From the NCBI GenBank assembly GCA_963677485.1, contig OY781964.1:2048001-2112000 (forward strand): a stretch of DNA of 64,000 nucleotides, read 5' to 3'. The DNA comes from Armatimonadota bacterium (lineage in GTDB: Bacteria > Armatimonadota > HRBIN16). The notes beneath the pieces are model-generated. The model made no database searches and was not told the DNA's origin. It was given only the letters and a program-made list of their open reading frames with translations. Positions 39,166 to 50,367 of the stretch are shown in pieces. The translations under genes were made by a program, and so were the position numbers. Numbering within the stretch: the first letter of the stretch is position 1; each line of letters opens with the position of its first letter.

Positions 39166-41322
39166 CTAGTCCCCTTTGGCACCAAAGTTTTTGTCTACCA
39201 CCACATAGTCAAACAGGTTGACACTGCCATCCCCATCGAGGTCGGCAAGGGGGTCCCCGCTATTGAAGTGCGTATCAAGCACCACATAGTCGAACAGATT
39301 GACAAGACCATCTCCATTGGCATCGCCATTGGCAAGTGCCAGGTTTATGCTGCTTGTGATGTCCAGATTTGTGGCCTTCACTGTGAGAAAATGCGGACTA
39401 CTCACCCTGATATCATACGGCGGCTGAAGATAACTGGACAGTGTAAACTTACCATCAGCATTGGCTCCTATCCTGAGTAGCTGTGTGATTGCAGGATCGG
39501 AACTGCTGCTGATGCTTGCAGTGAGCTGCTGCGATGTCACGTCACCTTAGAAGCTATCCAACTTCACCTGCCCGGCGAATGGATACACACGGCGGATAGC
39601 AACGGTCTGATTCGTACCCGCTGAAACGGCTAAGAAACCCTGGTTTGGCGATGGTATATCACATGCCTTAGTTGGGTTATATCCCCAGGCAGCAATCGAT
39701 CCGTTACGTTTCAATCCCACTGTGTGAAACGCTCCGGCAGAGATCGCCACAAAGTCCTGGTTTGGTACCGGCAAGTTGGATTGGCCGAAATAGTTTGATC
39801 CCCAAACCACTACCGAGCCATCACGTTTTAAACCTACTGTGTGCGAGTCCCCAGCCGAAACAGCTACAAAATCCTGGTTAGGAGATGGCACGTCGCATTG
39901 GAAATTCGAATTATCGCCCCACGCAACGATTGATCCGTTGCGCTTAAGTCCGGCGGTATGCTGATGACCTGCTGAAATCTCGATAAAATCCTGGTTAGGA
40001 GATGGAACATCGCATTGAAGATTCATATTAGAACCCCAGGCCACTACAGAGCCGTCGTTCTTAAGACCAACCGAGTGTACAAATCCGGCAGAGACTGCGA
40101 TATAGTTCTGGTTTGGTGCAGGTACTCCGCACTGACCAAACGAGTTATTACCCCAGGCAACGATTGTGTTGTTGCTCTTGATCCCTAAAGAGTGACCACC
40201 GCCTGCTGAGACAGCTACGAACTCATTATTAGGTTGAGGCACGTCGCATGAGCCTGCATCATTTCTACCCCAGGCACACACCGAGCCGTCGGCCTTAAGG
40301 CCAAGTGCGTGATTTGATCCTGCATCCACCGATACGAAATCCTGGTTAGGAACCGGCACACTACACTCACGGTTATGGTTGTAACCCCACGCAGCTATGG
40401 TGTTGTCGCGTTTCAACCAGGCGGAGTGATTGCCGCCAGCCGCGATGGAAATCACATTGCTGTTGGCCCTTGGTAGGTCACACTGACCATACTCATTCCA
40501 GCCCCAGGCGAGCACAGAGCCATCACGCTTGAGCCCTAGAGTATGCAGAGACCCAACAGCAACAGCTACAAAATCCTTATTCGGTGCATTCACGTAGCAT
40601 TGGCCATGATCATTTTGACCCCACGCGACGATTGATCCGTCACGTTTCAATCCTGCAGAATGAAACTCTCCTGCTGAGATGCTTATGTAATCCTGGTTAG
40701 GTGAAGGAACACTGCATTGGCCACTACCATTATCTCCCCAGGCTATCACTGAGCCGTCACGCTTAAGCCCAAGTGTGTAATAGTTTCCGGCAGAGACAGC
40801 TATAAAATCCTTGTTTGGCTCAGGAACGGCACACTGCTGTCGACTGTTGGCACCCCATGCGACTATTGAGCCGTCACGCTTCAACCCAACACTGTGGCAA
40901 CCTCCGGCAGAGATGGCGATGAAATCCTGGTTGGGTTGAGGCACATTGCATTGGCCACTACCATTACCTCCCCAGACGAATACAGACCCGTCTCTCTTGA
41001 GTCCCATCACGTGGATATTTCCGGTGGAGATCGCGACGAAATCTTTGTTCGATGCAGGCTTGTTGCACTGGCCGGCTTGATTATTACCCCAGGCAACGAC
41101 AGAGCCGTCACGCTTTAACGCAACAGTATCATTAGCTCCTGCGGCGATGGCGATGAAATCCTGATCCGGTGAGGGAACAACCTGTAAGGACCCACCGATA
41201 TCCATGCTCCACCCGTCAATGATTCCACTTTGAGGGGAGCCTTGCGAGGCGCATGCCATCAGCAGGCAACAGGTAGATAATACCGTCAGATGTGTCAGTG
41301 TCGACTTAATACCGTTCAGCAA
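39166..41322 (-). pseudogene. RCC1/BLIP-II-like repeat protein with dockerin-like tail, interrupted by one in-frame TAA at 39547-39549
   Basis: 14 repeats of about 39 aa (DF.AISAG..HS.GLKRDGS..AWG.N..QC.VP.PN). The frame continues KLDSF*GDVTSQQL into a GDANGDGLVNLFDY...ADLDGDGSVNLFDY duplicated Ca-binding motif. Confidence 0.72.
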
Positions 41323-41618
41323 TACTTCCGTCTCCCTTAGGTGTCATGTGATACCAGTAGTATACCGTGATATAGTATGCAATTCTATATCGTTGCGCAC
41401 ACCTAAAAAGCCAGAACATTATAGCTAAGAGCACGTTATCGACAAGATAGTAAGCTGGCACGATGTTCCGTAGCTAAGTGATGCTATGGTATCAAATTGG
41501 ATGATATCAGGGGGCAACATGCGATGTTGTTCAACACAAAAATAAGGGAAGAGAGTACCAAAGAGTTAGGGCTCCGGCTAGGAAGCCCCCCTTTCTACAG
41601 CCCGATTCAGTCTGCCCT

Positions 41619-44243
41619 CTACCGCGCCTTGATCTGCATGATGCGGGTCTCAGAGAACCCCATCGGAAGGGACAGCTTCGGACCTTTGCCCATCCGCTTA
41701 CCGGTCAGCACATCCGTCACCACGGAGCTACTGCCGGTGTCAATCTGCACGGTGCCCGCCTTGGTGGAGTGTATCGCCAGGAATGGGCCGTTGGCATACA
41801 CCACGCAGTCTGTCTGAGTGAATAGATGCACACCCGCCTGTTTCGCAGCGGTGCGAAGCAGCTCAGGTGTCAACCGAGGCACCCCTACAAATAGCGACGT
41901 TCCGCCATTGTGCGGTCGCTGCACCACAGCAGCACTGCCATCGCTGTAGGTTGCCAAGACCTCTGCGGTCTTGGCGTCGGCCACTCTGAACAGCGGTCGT
42001 ACCGACTGTGTCACGCCAAACGGCTGGCCTAAGAATTTGCCTGATGCGGTCGGATTGGCCATGGCAGTCACGCCGCTGAGCTGCTGCAGGCTCATTCCGG
42101 TCAGCTCACGCATCGCGTTCAGTGAGCGGGTGCTGCCGTCAAGATACCCGGGTGCATAACACCAGATCACCACACTGCCCTTTGTGGCCTTTAGCAACGC
42201 AGCGCGCTTCGCGGCATCAAGCCGCCAGGCGTTCGCGAAGACATAAAGCTTCGCATGAACACGTCCTTTGATCACATCGTCAAGAAGATACTGCCCATAC
42301 GGAGCCCCCATGCGACCGAGCGCCCCGCGGGATTCATACAGCAGAGGTAGTGTGACGGCGTTGCTGCCATCGGCCAGCCAGGGTATGGTGTTCTCATCCA
42401 CCACCAGGGCGACATCGGGGTGGAAGGCTGTGGGCGTCTTCAGCATGGGCTCATCCAGTTTCGCCAGCCGTTTCATCTCAGCCCAATAGCCAGGGTGGTC
42501 AAACCAGCCGGAAGAACCCAGGTCCATCCACCAGGTGGCGAAGTTCCTCAGCGACTGCTGTGCCACATTTCTCCGCAGCAGATTGACTGTCTGCTCCACG
42601 GATGTGAGCACATGCTCTGCTCCCGGGAACTGCTCATCTTTGGTGATATTCGTGCGGGTGTCATCTTCCACCAGCCACATCTTGTTGGCCAGAGCCACGC
42701 TTTCACCGGCCGTCATGCAGGGGGCACTCTGGCCGCGGCCGCGGTCGAAATAGGAGATCGGTGAGCAGACGATGTCGATGTCGGGGCAATCCAGAACCCG
42801 CCGCAGTGCGTAGTGGCCGGATGAACCGGCACCGGTGCTGATCGCGCCGAACTCATGAATGTAGCCGTAGAACATCAGCACCAGCTTACGCCCACGTGAG
42901 GCCTGCCGCACCACTTTTGCGAATCCGCACACGCTGTCCGCCATCGAGTGCTGCTGGAACTCCACGAAGTCGATGATGTCGCGCTCAGTGGCAGCGTCGC
43001 GGAAGATACCGCCAGGCGATGCATGCCTTCTTGAGGCACTGGGCACTGCCGCGCTGCTGAAGTTTACCGAGCCGTTATGCCAGGCCGCTCGCAGCGCGTT
43101 CACGGTGACATACCGCTTCTTCAGCCAGTATCGGAAAGCTATTGTATCGCATGGGGCGTATCCGTTCAATGGACGGCTCCATGAATCGAAGTAGAACCAC
43201 TCACCGGTGTTCTGGCCGTTGGGGTGATACCCGGCGATGCGGTTGGGATATTTGGCTTCCAGATGGTTGATCAAGCGGCCGAGTCGTACCGAGGCCTCCT
43301 TCTGGAAGAGCACTGACGCTGCTGAGGCCAAAGTTTGATGCTCTCCGCCTTCCCAGCGCATCAGCTCATTGGGGTGCGCCTTTTTCCACCAGGCGGGTGG
43401 GTATATCGGGATGCGCGGGATGACTAGTGCGTGGGGATTGGCCTCAATCGCAGCCTCGATCACGGAATCCACGGTGCGCCAGTCCTCTTTTTCGCCAGGT
43501 CCCGGCCAGATGAGGGGGATTGAAGTGCTGACGAAGTCCACACCCGATGTGGCCGCCAGCTTCACCTGCGACTGGAAGTAACCGGGAGGCCCTCCAAGAT
43601 AGGCATAGAAGTCGCCCGGCCGGTAAAACGCCGTCGTGAGTTGGCGTTCAGGAGTGGCCTTGGCCCAGAAACTGACGCGGTATCTGTGACCCTGAACGAG
43701 CGACAGGTTTGGATTGTGGTAGACGTGAAAATCTGGCCAGGTTCCATCGGGAGGCGCGATGATCTTGACTTGAAGTCCGCCCGATCCATTCCGTCCAGCG
43801 GAAGGCAGCACCTTCACGGCGCCCGTGGTGTTCTGTGCTCCTTGCGGCCACATCGACCACTGGCTGGTAAAGTCGGCTTCACCGCCCTCGAATCTCTGCA
43901 CCGGCAATACATCCTTGCCTGTGTTCAAGTCCTCTATGCGCATGTCGTCCAGGATGATCTCCCCAGCCGATTGCCCAAACCGCAGATGCATCGTCGCCGC
44001 GTTTAGTGCTGACTGGGCCGGGCTGAAGACATACGACACCATCCCGCCATTAGATGACAGCGTGACTTTACCGGAACTGGGCTGGCCGTAGAACACGCGC
44101 GCCCGCACCGGTTTACTGTTCACCAGGATGCGTGGGGCACCCTTGTCAACCTTCACCCGCACAGTCAACGGAGCGGTCCATGCCATCGAGTTAATAGCCA
44201 GAGATAGTCCCAAGGTAGTCAGGATCAAGTTTCGTTTGAGCAC
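41619..44243 (-). CDS. Secreted GH42/beta-galactosidase-like protein with an inserted CBM4/9-like domain
   Basis: Signal peptide, YRVSFWAKA (CBM4_9-like), GQNTGEWFY, SGHYAL, SPISY.DR, EDDTRT. Confidence 0.7.
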   Translation of the reverse strand: MLKRNLILTTLGLSLAINSMAWTAPLTVRVKVDKGAPRILVNSKPVRARVFYGQPSSGKVTLSSNGGMVSYVFSPAQSALNAATMHLRFGQSAGEIILDDMRIEDLNTGKDVLPVQRFEGGEADFTSQWSMWPQGAQNTTGAVKVLPSAGRNGSGGLQVKIIAPPDGTWPDFHVYHNPNLSLVQGHRYRVSFWAKATPERQLTTAFYRPGDFYAYLGGPPGYFQSQVKLAATSGVDFVSTSIPLIWPGPGEKEDWRTVDSVIEAAIEANPHALVIPRIPIYPPAWWKKAHPNELMRWEGGEHQTLASAASVLFQKEASVRLGRLINHLEAKYPNRIAGYHPNGQNTGEWFYFDSWSRPLNGYAPCDTIAFRYWLKKRYVTVNALRAAWHNGSVNFSSAAVPSASRRHASPGGIFRDAATERDIIDFVEFQQHSMADSVCGFAKVVRQASRGRKLVLMFYGYIHEFGAISTGAGSSGHYALRRVLDCPDIDIVCSPISYFDRGRGQSAPCMTAGESVALANKMWLVEDDTRTNITKDEQFPGAEHVLTSVEQTVNLLRRNVAQQSLRNFATWWMDLGSSGWFDHPGYWAEMKRLAKLDEPMLKTPTAFHPDVALVVDENTIPWLADGSNAVTLPLLYESRGALGRMGAPYGQYLLDDVIKGRVHAKLYVFANAWRLDAAKRAALLKATKGSVVIWCYAPGYLDGSTRSLNAMRELTGMSLQQLSGVTAMANPTASGKFLGQPFGVTQSVRPLFRVADAKTAEVLATYSDGSAAVVQRPHNGGTSLFVGVPRLTPELLRTAAKQAGVHLFTQTDCVVYANGPFLAIHSTKAGTVQIDTGSSSVVTDVLTGKRMGKGPKLSLPMGFSETRIMQIKAR

Positions 44244-44305
44244 AGGGTCACCTCACGAGCCGTTATTAGCGTGCGGACACACCACGTCATATGGTCTATA
44301 TGTGA

Positions 44306-44334
44306 AGTATGCAAGATAGTTTGTGCGATGTCAA
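44306..44334 (-). promoter_or_regulatory. Sigma70-type promoter
   Basis: TTGACA-17 nt-CATACT upstream of 44243. Confidence 0.5.
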
Positions 44335-44373
44335 CGGGGGGGCATCATGACAGATGCCCCCCCATCGCGACCT

Positions 44374-46611
44374 CTATTTCGTGCCTTTACCGACCGCTAT
44401 CTTGATGACGGCGGGCGACCGCGCCGGAACGGTGATGCTCAGCCTGCTGGTGAGTTTCGATGTCACTGCAGCGCTCCATATCCCATTCACCCAATCGGTG
44501 CGGGTGACATCGGCCCCGGTCTTGATACCCCAGTCCTTTTGGTTCCAGGGGATGGAGATGGTTTGATCGGTATCGGTGTGGTTCGCCAGCACAATCCCGA
44601 TTTCGCATTTTGCCGACCGGTAGCATTCGGCAAGCACCACCGGCAGATCATAGTCGATCGTGTCTGGGCCAGGCCAGATCACCCATCGTCGCTTGATCTT
44701 CGGCAGCATGCTCAAATCGGGGGTGCGCAGCATCTCGCCAGAACACAGGAAGCCCAGGTTGGCCTTTCGGGCCGCGCTGTAACTCTTGACTAATCCAAGC
44801 TGCTGTGCCATCTCGGGGCGGTTCAAGTGGAAGTAGTCCGTGTTGAACCAGCCCAACTGGCGCCCGCGCACGAGGTTGAAGGCGAGTTTAGAGTTGAATG
44901 TGTCGATATTCGTATCATTACCGGAGTGAACATACACACCGATCTCGGTGGTGCGCCCAGCGTGGACCGACTGGAATATGGGCAGCGAATCAGGTTTCAT
45001 ATCCGCATGTGCATTCAATTGGCCGGTGCATTTGCCGATGTAAACCTCCTGCAGACCTTCGCCGGTGGTGACCATGTCCTTCTTCATCTTCAGAGTTTGG
45101 TCAAGGATGTTTGCCACACCATCATGGTCATAGGTGCCGCCCTGCCACAGATGCTTGTGGTTCGTGGCGTAGCAGATGGCCGGGTAGAAGTTCACCTGGT
45201 CCCAGTAGATGGCGTCCACGTTGTAGTCTGTCACCACCTGCTTCGCAATCCCCAGCATCTTCTTCTGCCAGTAGTCATTGCACACGCACATCGGTGCCAT
45301 CGGGCTGGCTGCTCCACCGGCTCCATACTCCATATAGGGCTTACCGGCGGGGTTCAGCCGGGCACTCTCACTCGCCTTTTCCTCTGTCCATATCGGCAGT
45401 GTGGTGTCGCATAGTTGGATGTTGATATACGGCATCACGTAAACGCCCGCCTTCTGCACTTTTTGCACCGCCTCTTTGAACCCAGGGCGGGCTGGCAGAT
45501 AATCGGGATACCTGTAGTCATGCTGGTTGTATTTCTGCCAGATATACCAGTGGATGCCGATGGGTTCGCCCAGCTTCTGCCGTAAGTCCACCAGATCATC
45601 CGCGAACTCATCGAACTTCGCTTCACTATCCGACCATGTCGCACCGATGATCCACACCGACAGGTTCTTGAACCAACTGGGGATATCTTTGCGAACTGCC
45701 AGCGACTTCATCTGGGGCAGCGTGGATGTCCATGCCCGATAGCGCTTGGCGGCGTCATACCAGTCGCCTTGTATCGGTCCGCATACCACCGGGTAAGGCA
45801 GCGTCCAGGTGGTGTTTTTCGCAGACTTCTCGGCATAGTGTGTCACCGACATGAAGAATGAATCTTTCGATGGCGATGACCAGCAGGTGAATGCTTTGTG
45901 GTAGTATTTCGGATCATGTGCGGCGAAATACAGCGTGCCACCTTGACCGTCGCAGTAACTCAGCAACTGAACCGACATGCCGGAGGATGGCACCTCGGTA
46001 TACCCAGGGCCTGCGATGCCGTGAGTCCGAGGCGACACGTATTTCACACCGGAGTAGGCAGGCACGGCCAGGTAGTCAGTCTTCTCTGAGCCGGCCCGGT
46101 CGGAGGCCAGCCCGCTGAGGTATGGGAACTGCGTCTCCATTAATGCGGTGGAGGATTTGTTCTCAATCGACAGTCCCCATGTGAACAGGCTGGTGGTGGG
46201 ATCCAGCGTCACCGTCACGACCGCACTCAGGGTTCCACCGCCCTGCACGGGTGCATCATGAAAATGCAGCTCCCAGCCAGGAGCTTTCGTGGAGATGATC
46301 TTTTTGTAGGAATATCTTGAGAAGCTCTTGCCCGAGAGCTCCGAGACAACTTGTGGGTCATTGCCCATCTTAATCCGGAGCAGATCACCGCCGGGCTCTT
46401 TGACATAGCTGGTCTTCGCCACACGCTCCGTGATTTGCTGCAGAGTGAAGTTCGCTTTGTTGATGCTCAACTGCACGTGTTGGTTCCGGAGGATGAGCTC
46501 ATTGCCCTCCACGACGGCTTCCACTTTATCCGAGGCCATCGCCAACGATGCTGCCAGCATAAGTATGATCACGAATATGTGGTGCAGGTTGATGTTCACT
46601 ATTGACCCCAC
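44374..46611 (-). CDS. Secreted putative glycoside hydrolase (DUF6259-like)
   Basis: GDWYDAAKRYRAW, HWYIW....D..YPDY, VMPYIN, DAIYWDQ, TGEG..E. Confidence 0.7.
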   Translation of the reverse strand: MGSIVNINLHHIFVIILMLAASLAMASDKVEAVVEGNELILRNQHVQLSINKANFTLQQITERVAKTSYVKEPGGDLLRIKMGNDPQVVSELSGKSFSRYSYKKIISTKAPGWELHFHDAPVQGGGTLSAVVTVTLDPTTSLFTWGLSIENKSSTALMETQFPYLSGLASDRAGSEKTDYLAVPAYSGVKYVSPRTHGIAGPGYTEVPSSGMSVQLLSYCDGQGGTLYFAAHDPKYYHKAFTCWSSPSKDSFFMSVTHYAEKSAKNTTWTLPYPVVCGPIQGDWYDAAKRYRAWTSTLPQMKSLAVRKDIPSWFKNLSVWIIGATWSDSEAKFDEFADDLVDLRQKLGEPIGIHWYIWQKYNQHDYRYPDYLPARPGFKEAVQKVQKAGVYVMPYINIQLCDTTLPIWTEEKASESARLNPAGKPYMEYGAGGAASPMAPMCVCNDYWQKKMLGIAKQVVTDYNVDAIYWDQVNFYPAICYATNHKHLWQGGTYDHDGVANILDQTLKMKKDMVTTGEGLQEVYIGKCTGQLNAHADMKPDSLPIFQSVHAGRTTEIGVYVHSGNDTNIDTFNSKLAFNLVRGRQLGWFNTDYFHLNRPEMAQQLGLVKSYSAARKANLGFLCSGEMLRTPDLSMLPKIKRRWVIWPGPDTIDYDLPVVLAECYRSAKCEIGIVLANHTDTDQTISIPWNQKDWGIKTGADVTRTDWVNGIWSAAVTSKLTSRLSITVPARSPAVIKIAVGKGTK

Positions 46612-46678
46612 TCCTTCGATTTACGTACAAGCATACTCCCGTGCATGCACGGCAGCCTGTGCTGTAACTGATACGGTC

Positions 46679-46753
46679 GTAGGGGCCACCCTTGTGGTGG
46701 CCCTAAAACAGGTAGCACTGATCCTGAGGGCCGGCACAAGGCACGGCCCCTAC
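46679..46753. repeat. GTAG-type REP doublet
   Basis: GTAGGGGCCACCCTTGTGGTGGCCC...GGGCCGGCACAAGGCACGGCCCCTAC. Confidence 0.8.
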
Positions 46754-46777
46754 GACCAGATACCCGCAAGCCCACCC

Positions 46778-48529
46778 TCATGGCAGCGGCTTAAATGCTG
46801 CGGCTGCGCTGAGGCGTGTCACATCGATACAGATCAGCGGCTTTTTGTTGGTGTACCGTCCAGGTTTGCTGATGGTGTTGCCTGAGATGCTCACCCCGTC
46901 GACATCCTGAAGGAAGATGACCGCACTATTATCCACCGGACGCGGTGCGCCGTTGGGTGCTTTCAGCAAATGTGACTGAAGGAAGCGGTTGCCTTTGATG
47001 GTCACCGCTTTGGCGTTATGTATCTGCATGTCCACGCCCCAGGCCTTGCTGATCTGGTTGTTCTCAATGCGGATATCCGTATAGCAACCGTCGTTGTGAC
47101 CGCCAAAACCTTTGGCTCCGGCCTCCCAGCTCCCCACGCAGATAGCACCCAGCCAGGCGTCATTTCCTGGCCGTAATTGGCACGTCTCCGAAATCTGGTT
47201 GCCGCGGATCAGCACATTTTCCTGTGGCCCCGAATAGCCGTGGCTGCGGAAATCCGTGAACATGTGGATGCCAGGAAGGTAAGTGTGGTTGATCGTGTTA
47301 TTCTCCACCACGCCGTCGGAGCTGTTGATCACGATCCCGCGCGAGCCGCCGTTGTAGATACGGTTGCCGCGGATCACAAAACTCGGCCCGAGCTGCTTGA
47401 CCATATCGCCCTCTCTAGCCTGGATGGGTTTATCCAGAGTCAAGTCGAAAGCAGACGCCAGCATCACGTTGCCGTAGGGCTCTTTCACCGCGCGGTTACG
47501 CGCCGCCTCGATGTCGGCCTTCGGCATGGTGGTGGCAACACACGAAACCACGGCCGCATCTTGGACACCACCATCAGTGCCGGTTACAAATCGCAAGCGC
47601 GAACCGGATGCCAACGGCGGGTGCCCCTGCGTTATGAAACTCACGCTGATCTGGTTGCCTGTGCCGGGCCGTAACACGATCCCCTCCTGGGCGTAGACCG
47701 CGATCCCATCATCGCCGGTGCACCTCAGTTCACAGTTCTCAATGGTGAGCTTACCAAGGGTGCCGTCGAAGTTGATGCCGTCGCCGATGGTGGAGCAGAG
47801 CCGCGGTTCGGTTGCGCCAGCCGGAGGTGGGCCGGGCACCACCCGCACTCCTCGGAAGGTAAGGTCGGTGTTGTGCATGGAGGCGATGCTAAAGTGGGTG
47901 GGCGCCGCGTGCAGTGTCACGTCGATGAGTGAGAAGTTGGTGCAGCTGATGATATTGATGCCGGTTGCTCTCTCAAACTTCTGCGGGATGCGGATGTAAT
48001 CACCCAGAGCAGCCTGATCTTTGAACTGCGTGGTGCCGTGGTCCAGCCGGTAGACGCCATCACCTCTTTCGATGATGTTATCGACGAAGCGGTTCACCGC
48101 GCCGGGTTTCAACAACCTTGTGTGTTTGTCATATGTCCACAGGAAGGCCTGTCGCTCCGAGTTCTTTGAGGAATCATATCTGGAGGGGACGGAGTAGCCT
48201 TTATGAATACGCACGTCGGTCCAGGTTCGATCCGGGGCGAAGCCCACAATGGTGCCTTGGGTGAAGGGCAGTGGGTCATAATCGATGACTAATCCCCGAA
48301 GGGTGACATTAGTGCAGGCCAGGATATCCAGTGCCGTGCTGTTGTTCGTGCAAAGCAGCGTCACCCCGCGGGCGTCGATCTCCATGTCCTTAAGCTGGAA
48401 CAGGGTGACGTGCGGCTGCGAGGGGGTTTTGGGCTTTAGCCTGTATACACCGGGCTTGATCTTGACCGTGTGCTGGCCTGCCTTCACGGCCTCTATGATC
48501 TGCTGGATGAAGTTTTCGGTGATCTCCAT
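46778..48529 (-). CDS. Right-handed beta-helix protein (GH110-like)
   Basis: IDYDPLPFTQGTI, STIGDGINF, TGDDGIAV, RGIVI and PbH1 repeats. Confidence 0.75.
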   Translation of the reverse strand: MEITENFIQQIIEAVKAGQHTVKIKPGVYRLKPKTPSQPHVTLFQLKDMEIDARGVTLLCTNNSTALDILACTNVTLRGLVIDYDPLPFTQGTIVGFAPDRTWTDVRIHKGYSVPSRYDSSKNSERQAFLWTYDKHTRLLKPGAVNRFVDNIIERGDGVYRLDHGTTQFKDQAALGDYIRIPQKFERATGINIISCTNFSLIDVTLHAAPTHFSIASMHNTDLTFRGVRVVPGPPPAGATEPRLCSTIGDGINFDGTLGKLTIENCELRCTGDDGIAVYAQEGIVLRPGTGNQISVSFITQGHPPLASGSRLRFVTGTDGGVQDAAVVSCVATTMPKADIEAARNRAVKEPYGNVMLASAFDLTLDKPIQAREGDMVKQLGPSFVIRGNRIYNGGSRGIVINSSDGVVENNTINHTYLPGIHMFTDFRSHGYSGPQENVLIRGNQISETCQLRPGNDAWLGAICVGSWEAGAKGFGGHNDGCYTDIRIENNQISKAWGVDMQIHNAKAVTIKGNRFLQSHLLKAPNGAPRPVDNSAVIFLQDVDGVSISGNTISKPGRYTNKKPLICIDVTRLSAAAAFKPLP

Positions 48530-48621
48530 GGTTTGTATTCCTTCGAATTTGGGGTTTTGCTACCAATATGACGGGTATGATGAGTAGGACGATTATGACC
48601 TAACCCGGGCTGGATGCGTCC

Positions 48622-50364
48622 CTAATGCGGGTAATTGCTCTCATCAAATGGCACGACTTCCGACTGCATGTCGTAGCCGCTCTCTCGCATGATCTCGCCG
48701 AACAGCTTCGCGTGGTCACGCAAAAGCGACTCATCGGCACCAGGCTGCCACTGCCACTCCTTATTCATGAGCGAATATCCCGGTTTGGTGTCGACCATTA
48801 TCCGGCCCCAGAGCACTTCAAGATAGGCTCTGCGCACATGCTTCAGATAGATGGGGTTGTCGCCTGTGGCCGATAGGGCCTTCTGGAACAGCTCATCGCA
48901 GTGCTGCATCGCCTCTTTGGTCACCCACTTCCGCCAGGCCCCGGCGTCACCCCAGCCACCCTCCATGGGCATCTTCCGCTGCTTGATGTAGCTGGAGTAC
49001 CACTCCAGGTATTCCACGATATATTTCCCACCCGGGCCGTAGAACCCTTTGCAGAACTGCCTGATTTCGCTCTTCACGTCCCTTGACGGATCCCAGGCCA
49101 TCCGGGCGGAGAGATACGCCTTCAAGTCCACCAGACCAGAGCCCTTGCCGAGAGCCGTGCCTTGGATGTAGAACGCCTTCACACCGCATTTTTCAGCCCA
49201 TCGATACTGCATGCCCACTTCCCAGGCGTTGGGATAAGGCCACCAATAACCGTAGTTGGAGCCACCGTAGGTGTAGACTGAGATGTTCTTCGCCACTTTT
49301 GACCATGAGTTCACCAGATCGAAATGCGCCTTATCACCCTCCACGAAGTTGCCGCAGATCTCCACACACACGCAGTCTGAGGCCTTCATATTCTCAGGGG
49401 CGGTCTGGGTGTAGGTGTAGGCCAGCGTTTTGATGCGGACGTCAGGGTAGTCCTTCCGCACGGCATCGGCAATTTCGGAGGTGAATTTGATTGTGTTGGC
49501 CGACCAGCGGTCTTGCCCGCCATGGGCCAGCCGCTCTTTTGTGCAGCGATCGCAGAAGCATCCCGACAGGCCGCCGTCATTTTGGCTGAGCCAGTAGTTG
49601 TCGACCTTGCCGTGGCGGGCGATGAGGTCGTTGCCGACCTGCTTAATGACAAACTTACGCAGCTCAGGATTCGTGAGGCAGAGCTCGGACCGGCTTCTAT
49701 TGCCGTCTTCTTTCAATGCGAACAAATCCGGGTGTTCGTCGTAGTGCTTCTCCGGGGGCACGATGATGAAGTAGGAGTGGCAGCCATACAGTGTCACCGC
49801 AGAGCCGCCCATTTCATCCGGCAGCCGAGGCACCTGGCCGTTGTTGCCGTTGATGCGCATCCGTGCTTTCCATTCCGGAGTGGGAGCGTTGTTCCACCAC
49901 TGGTCGCGGTACCAGAATTTAGGCTGGACATCGACCTTCTTCATGGGCATCTTTACCGTAGATAACTGCGGTATGTAGGTGTAATCCGGCGAATACCATC
50001 GGATGCCCAGTGACTCTAGGAAGTGGCTGACCGCATACATCACACCGCGTGTCCGGCTGCCGATGATGAACATGTGGCCGTCTTTGGTGAAGATGCTGTA
50101 GCCCTCTGCACCAAACGCCTTCATCCGTGCCTCGCTGACCAGTCTTTGGCTGGCGATGGTTCGTCCGATGCTGATGTATGCCCCTCGCTTTTTGAAGTAG
50201 GAGCGTTCCGGCGAGATCTGCAGATGCACACCGGTCAGCAGCTTGAGGTGCGACTGCAGCTCCTGAGCCGCGTACTTCTCACAGGCTGTGGCGTTGTTGG
50301 GTATCATCAGCAGGCATTCGGCCTTACCGGACCTTGTGATATATGATGTTTCAAGCATTTCCAT
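48622..50364 (-). CDS. DUF4838-family glycoside hydrolase-like protein
   Basis: YAAQELQSHL, RGVMYAV..FLE.LG.RW, PKFWYR, ELCLTNP, SQNDG...C.C..C, TLAYTYT. Confidence 0.8.
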   Translation of the reverse strand: MEMLETSYITRSGKAECLLMIPNNATACEKYAAQELQSHLKLLTGVHLQISPERSYFKKRGAYISIGRTIASQRLVSEARMKAFGAEGYSIFTKDGHMFIIGSRTRGVMYAVSHFLESLGIRWYSPDYTYIPQLSTVKMPMKKVDVQPKFWYRDQWWNNAPTPEWKARMRINGNNGQVPRLPDEMGGSAVTLYGCHSYFIIVPPEKHYDEHPDLFALKEDGNRSRSELCLTNPELRKFVIKQVGNDLIARHGKVDNYWLSQNDGGLSGCFCDRCTKERLAHGGQDRWSANTIKFTSEIADAVRKDYPDVRIKTLAYTYTQTAPENMKASDCVCVEICGNFVEGDKAHFDLVNSWSKVAKNISVYTYGGSNYGYWWPYPNAWEVGMQYRWAEKCGVKAFYIQGTALGKGSGLVDLKAYLSARMAWDPSRDVKSEIRQFCKGFYGPGGKYIVEYLEWYSSYIKQRKMPMEGGWGDAGAWRKWVTKEAMQHCDELFQKALSATGDNPIYLKHVRRAYLEVLWGRIMVDTKPGYSLMNKEWQWQPGADESLLRDHAKLFGEIMRESGYDMQSEVVPFDESNYPH

Positions 50365-50367
50365 GAG

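Noticed and set aside
27811-39549. Genome-wide stop-codon reassignment (TAG/TAA read as sense)
   Set aside because: Conserved genes end normally at TAA or TAG (parB, galK, rho, hpt, guaA, hppA), and the two internal stops are different codons.
39547-41322. Diversity-generating retroelement target
   Set aside because: No reverse transcriptase and no template/variable repeat pair with adenine-specific differences. These are ordinary propeller repeats.
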